A stretch of 5,601 nucleotides of DNA from a virus, in IMG/VR virus record IMGVR_UViG_3300045988_013344, positions 1 to 5,601 of that record. One strand, 5' to 3'. Shown here one piece after another: positions 5,483-5,601 of this stretch. Under the pieces are notes generated by a model. It saw nothing but the letters and a program-made list of their open reading frames with translations. It was not told the DNA's origin and ran no database searches. Both the position numbers and the translations under genes were made by a program. Position 1 is the stretch's first letter. Each line of letters opens with the position of its first letter.

Positions 5483-5601
5483 GTTTTTTTTTCACTTGGT
5501 AAAATTAACATAGAGAGCCAGCACCACAAAACGAAAGGAGAAAGCACTGCCTCCGGTGCTGGTGATCTGTGCTTCAACCATTTATACAAATATGGAAAGA
5601 A
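5483..5601. repeat. Terminal direct repeat, copy 2. This is redundant sequence re-reading the genome start.
   Basis: Exact match to 1..119. Confidence 0.9.

Noticed and set aside
1-5601. CRISPR arrays, tRNA/rRNA genes, integrase/transposase or toxin-antitoxin pairs.
   Set aside because: No spaced direct repeats, no cloverleaf-like conserved tRNA sequence and no recombinase-like ORF. The RHH gene has no adjacent toxin partner.

Overview
This window is a complete circular genome of a Microviridae ssDNA phage, most likely gokushovirus-like. Bases 1..119 are identical to 5483..5601, so the unit length is 5482 nt and the window carries a 119-nt terminal redundancy from assembling a circle. All credible genes are on the + strand in the usual microvirus arrangement. 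In order they are: two tiny coupled ORFs, one of them a basic J/ORF8-like peptide; a VP5-like protein; VP3 scaffold; VP1 major capsid; VP2 pilot; VP4 rolling-circle initiator. The initiator has clear superfamily-I Rep motifs (FTFTY, HYHAIVY, YTARYTTKK). The unusual part lies between VP2 and VP4. A 70-aa Arc/MetJ-like ribbon-helix-helix protein sits behind a near-consensus sigma70 promoter (TTGACA-17-TATATT) and a strong SD. It ends in an acidic tail, ...EEEDLPF, that copies the bacterial SSB C-terminal tip (DDD[IL]PF). Next to it are a perfect 15-bp hairpin over the rep translation start, a 16-bp motif shared between the RHH promoter and the main intergenic region, and a stretch in the terminal repeat that resembles the phiX174 (+)-origin core beside a stable hairpin. 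Strong AGGAGG-type RBSs and the 'DLPF' tail variant point to a Firmicutes-type host. All minus-strand ORFs in the track look like antisense artefacts.
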